This document shows, in pieces, positions 62,844 to 64,000 of a stretch of 64,000 bases of DNA. Origin of the DNA: Planctomycetota bacterium (GTDB lineage Bacteria > Planctomycetota > B15-G4); NCBI GenBank assembly GCA_052387675.1, contig JBQTIY010000011.1:212252-276251 (forward strand), given 5' to 3'. The first letter of the stretch is position 1, and each line of letters starts with the position of its first letter. The translations under genes and the position numbers were made by a program. The notes under the pieces are model-generated. The model was not told where the DNA came from. It saw only the letters and a list, made by a program, of their open reading frames with translations, and ran no database searches.

Positions 62844-64000
62844 ATGTTTCGCCGCCTGCTCATCGCCGCCCTGCTGGTCGTCACCGGCTGCGGCGCCGAG
62901 GAGCCCAGCGCGCCTCCGGTGCGCATCGTGCTGGTGACCCTGGACACGCTGCGCTACGACGCGGTCTTCGGGCCGCGCGCCTGCATGCCGACGCTCGCGG
63001 CGCTGGCCGCGCGCGGCACCGTGTTCCACCAGGCCTATTCGGCTACGTCGACCACGCAGCCGAGCCACGCCTCGCTCTTCACCGGGCTGCACCCTTGGGA
63101 GCACGGCGTCACCCGCAACAGCCTGGTGCTGGCGGAAGATTTCACGACGCTCGCCGAGCGGCTCAGCGCGGCCGGCTTTGCCACCGCGGGCGTCGCGGCC
63201 TCGCTGCCGATGCATTCGCGCTTCGGCTGGGCGCAGGGCTTTCAGCACTACGACGACCACTTCAACGAAGTGCGTGCCGGTCAGCGCGAATGGGCCGACG
63301 TCGCCGTGCCCGGAGAGCCATTTTCCTCGTTCGGTGAAGACGTCACGGCGCGAGGGCTCGCCGCCCTCGCCGCCCTGCGCGGCGACCGGCAGTTTCTCTG
63401 GGTGCACTATTTCGACGCGCATGCGCCCTATGGCGACACCGGCGACACTATCGTGAACATGAGTCAGCTTGTCACGGCCGCCCGCTATCAGGCGCCTGAG
63501 CTTCCGGCGCTCATCACGGAGGCGCGGCGGCTCTACGAGGCCGATGCCCGCGCGATGGACGCCGCGCTCGGCCGGCTGCTAGCTCAAGTGGAGGCCGAGG
63601 CCGGCCGCTTCGAAACGCACATCGTCGTGACGGCAGACCACGGCGAGAGCCTCGGCGACGACGGCTCCTTTGGTCACGGCAAGAGCGTGAATCGCCAGCA
63701 AGTGCACGTGCCGCTCATTGTGTTCTCGCCGCGCCTGCCGGCGGGCGCACGCGAGGATGCCAGCGCCTCGGTGGACATCGCCGACACGCTCCTGGCACTT
63801 GCGGGCCAGCCGCCCCTGCCGGGCAGCCGCGGCCGCAGTCTTCTACGGCCACTGCCGGCCGAGGCCTCGCCGCCCATCGTGGGCATGCGCCGCATCTACG
63901 AAGAGCCCACCGACGATGTGCTGGCCGACGGGCGCGTCGTGCCCGTGCAAGGACCGATGTTCTTTATCGTGCGCGACGGACAACTGCATCACGGCGATGC
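62844..64000 (+). CDS. sulfatase-like hydrolase/transferase lipoprotein (3' end outside the window; not in the ORF track)
   Basis: My own translation: MFRRLLIAALLVVTGC...LVTLDTLRYD...STTQPSHASLFTG...TADHGESLGDDGSFGHGKS. The reading frame stays open to the window end. Confidence 0.8.
   Translation, partial: MFRRLLIAALLVVTGCGAEEPSAPPVRIVLVTLDTLRYDAVFGPRACMPTLAALAARGTVFHQAYSATSTTQPSHASLFTGLHPWEHGVTRNSLVLAEDFTTLAERLSAAGFATAGVAASLPMHSRFGWAQGFQHYDDHFNEVRAGQREWADVAVPGEPFSSFGEDVTARGLAALAALRGDRQFLWVHYFDAHAPYGDTGDTIVNMSQLVTAARYQAPELPALITEARRLYEADARAMDAALGRLLAQVEAEAGRFETHIVVTADHGESLGDDGSFGHGKSVNRQQVHVPLIVFSPRLPAGAREDASASVDIADTLLALAGQPPLPGSRGRSLLRPLPAEASPPIVGMRRIYEEPTDDVLADGRVVPVQGPMFFIVRDGQLHHGD

Overview
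High-GC bacterial chromosomal window from a probable diderm, judging by lipoproteins, BamE-like proteins, an RND pump, YceI and a type IV pilin-like gene. No rRNA, tRNA, CRISPR array, transposase or integrase was recognised. The window has three parts.

(1) Positions 1 to about 9.9 kb differ from the rest. By eye the region has lower GC. It holds about 13 small units that all read on the minus strand. Several units are separated by imperfect inverted repeats bounded by GCCTAAC...GTTAGGC (RYYYAAC/GTTRRRY). I read this as an integron-type gene-cassette array (attC sites) with no integrase at the promoter-proximal end, i.e. CALIN-like. The cargo is almost entirely small lipoproteins and membrane proteins of unknown function, plus DUF1697, DUF2071 and DUF5329-like cassettes. 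Two likely ORFs under 60 aa are missing from the supplied track.

(2) Positions 10 to 28 kb and 38.7 to 56.9 kb are mostly ordinary genes: pgi, an orphan RND pump, pruA, a solute-binding protein, a zincin protease, fpr, a CoA-binding protein, YceI, an MDR dehydrogenase, a KamA-type radical SAM enzyme, amidohydrolases, an NYN-LOTUS protein, a BON protein, an MBL hydrolase, an SDR, a thioesterase and a GNAT. Embedded in the first stretch are three copies of a roughly 150-220 bp structured intergenic repeat and a lower-GC pair of secreted beta-helix and FG-GAP proteins.

(3) Envelope and glycan loci:
- A translationally coupled cluster at 28.3-37.5 kb encodes two polyprenol-phosphate-mannose-synthase-like GT2 enzymes, two GT-C enzymes, a GT9 and two sulfatase-like proteins.
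- A TlpA-like thioredoxin-fold gene (37537-38505) has the first Cys of its CxxC motif replaced by an in-frame TGA, so it is a probable selenoprotein split into two ORFs in the track.
- An operon of five tandem, start/stop-overlapping BamE/SmpA_OmlA-like lipoprotein paralogs lies at 56.9-59.1 kb.

Most long ORFs in the track that overlap these genes on the opposite strand or in other frames are high-GC shadow ORFs.
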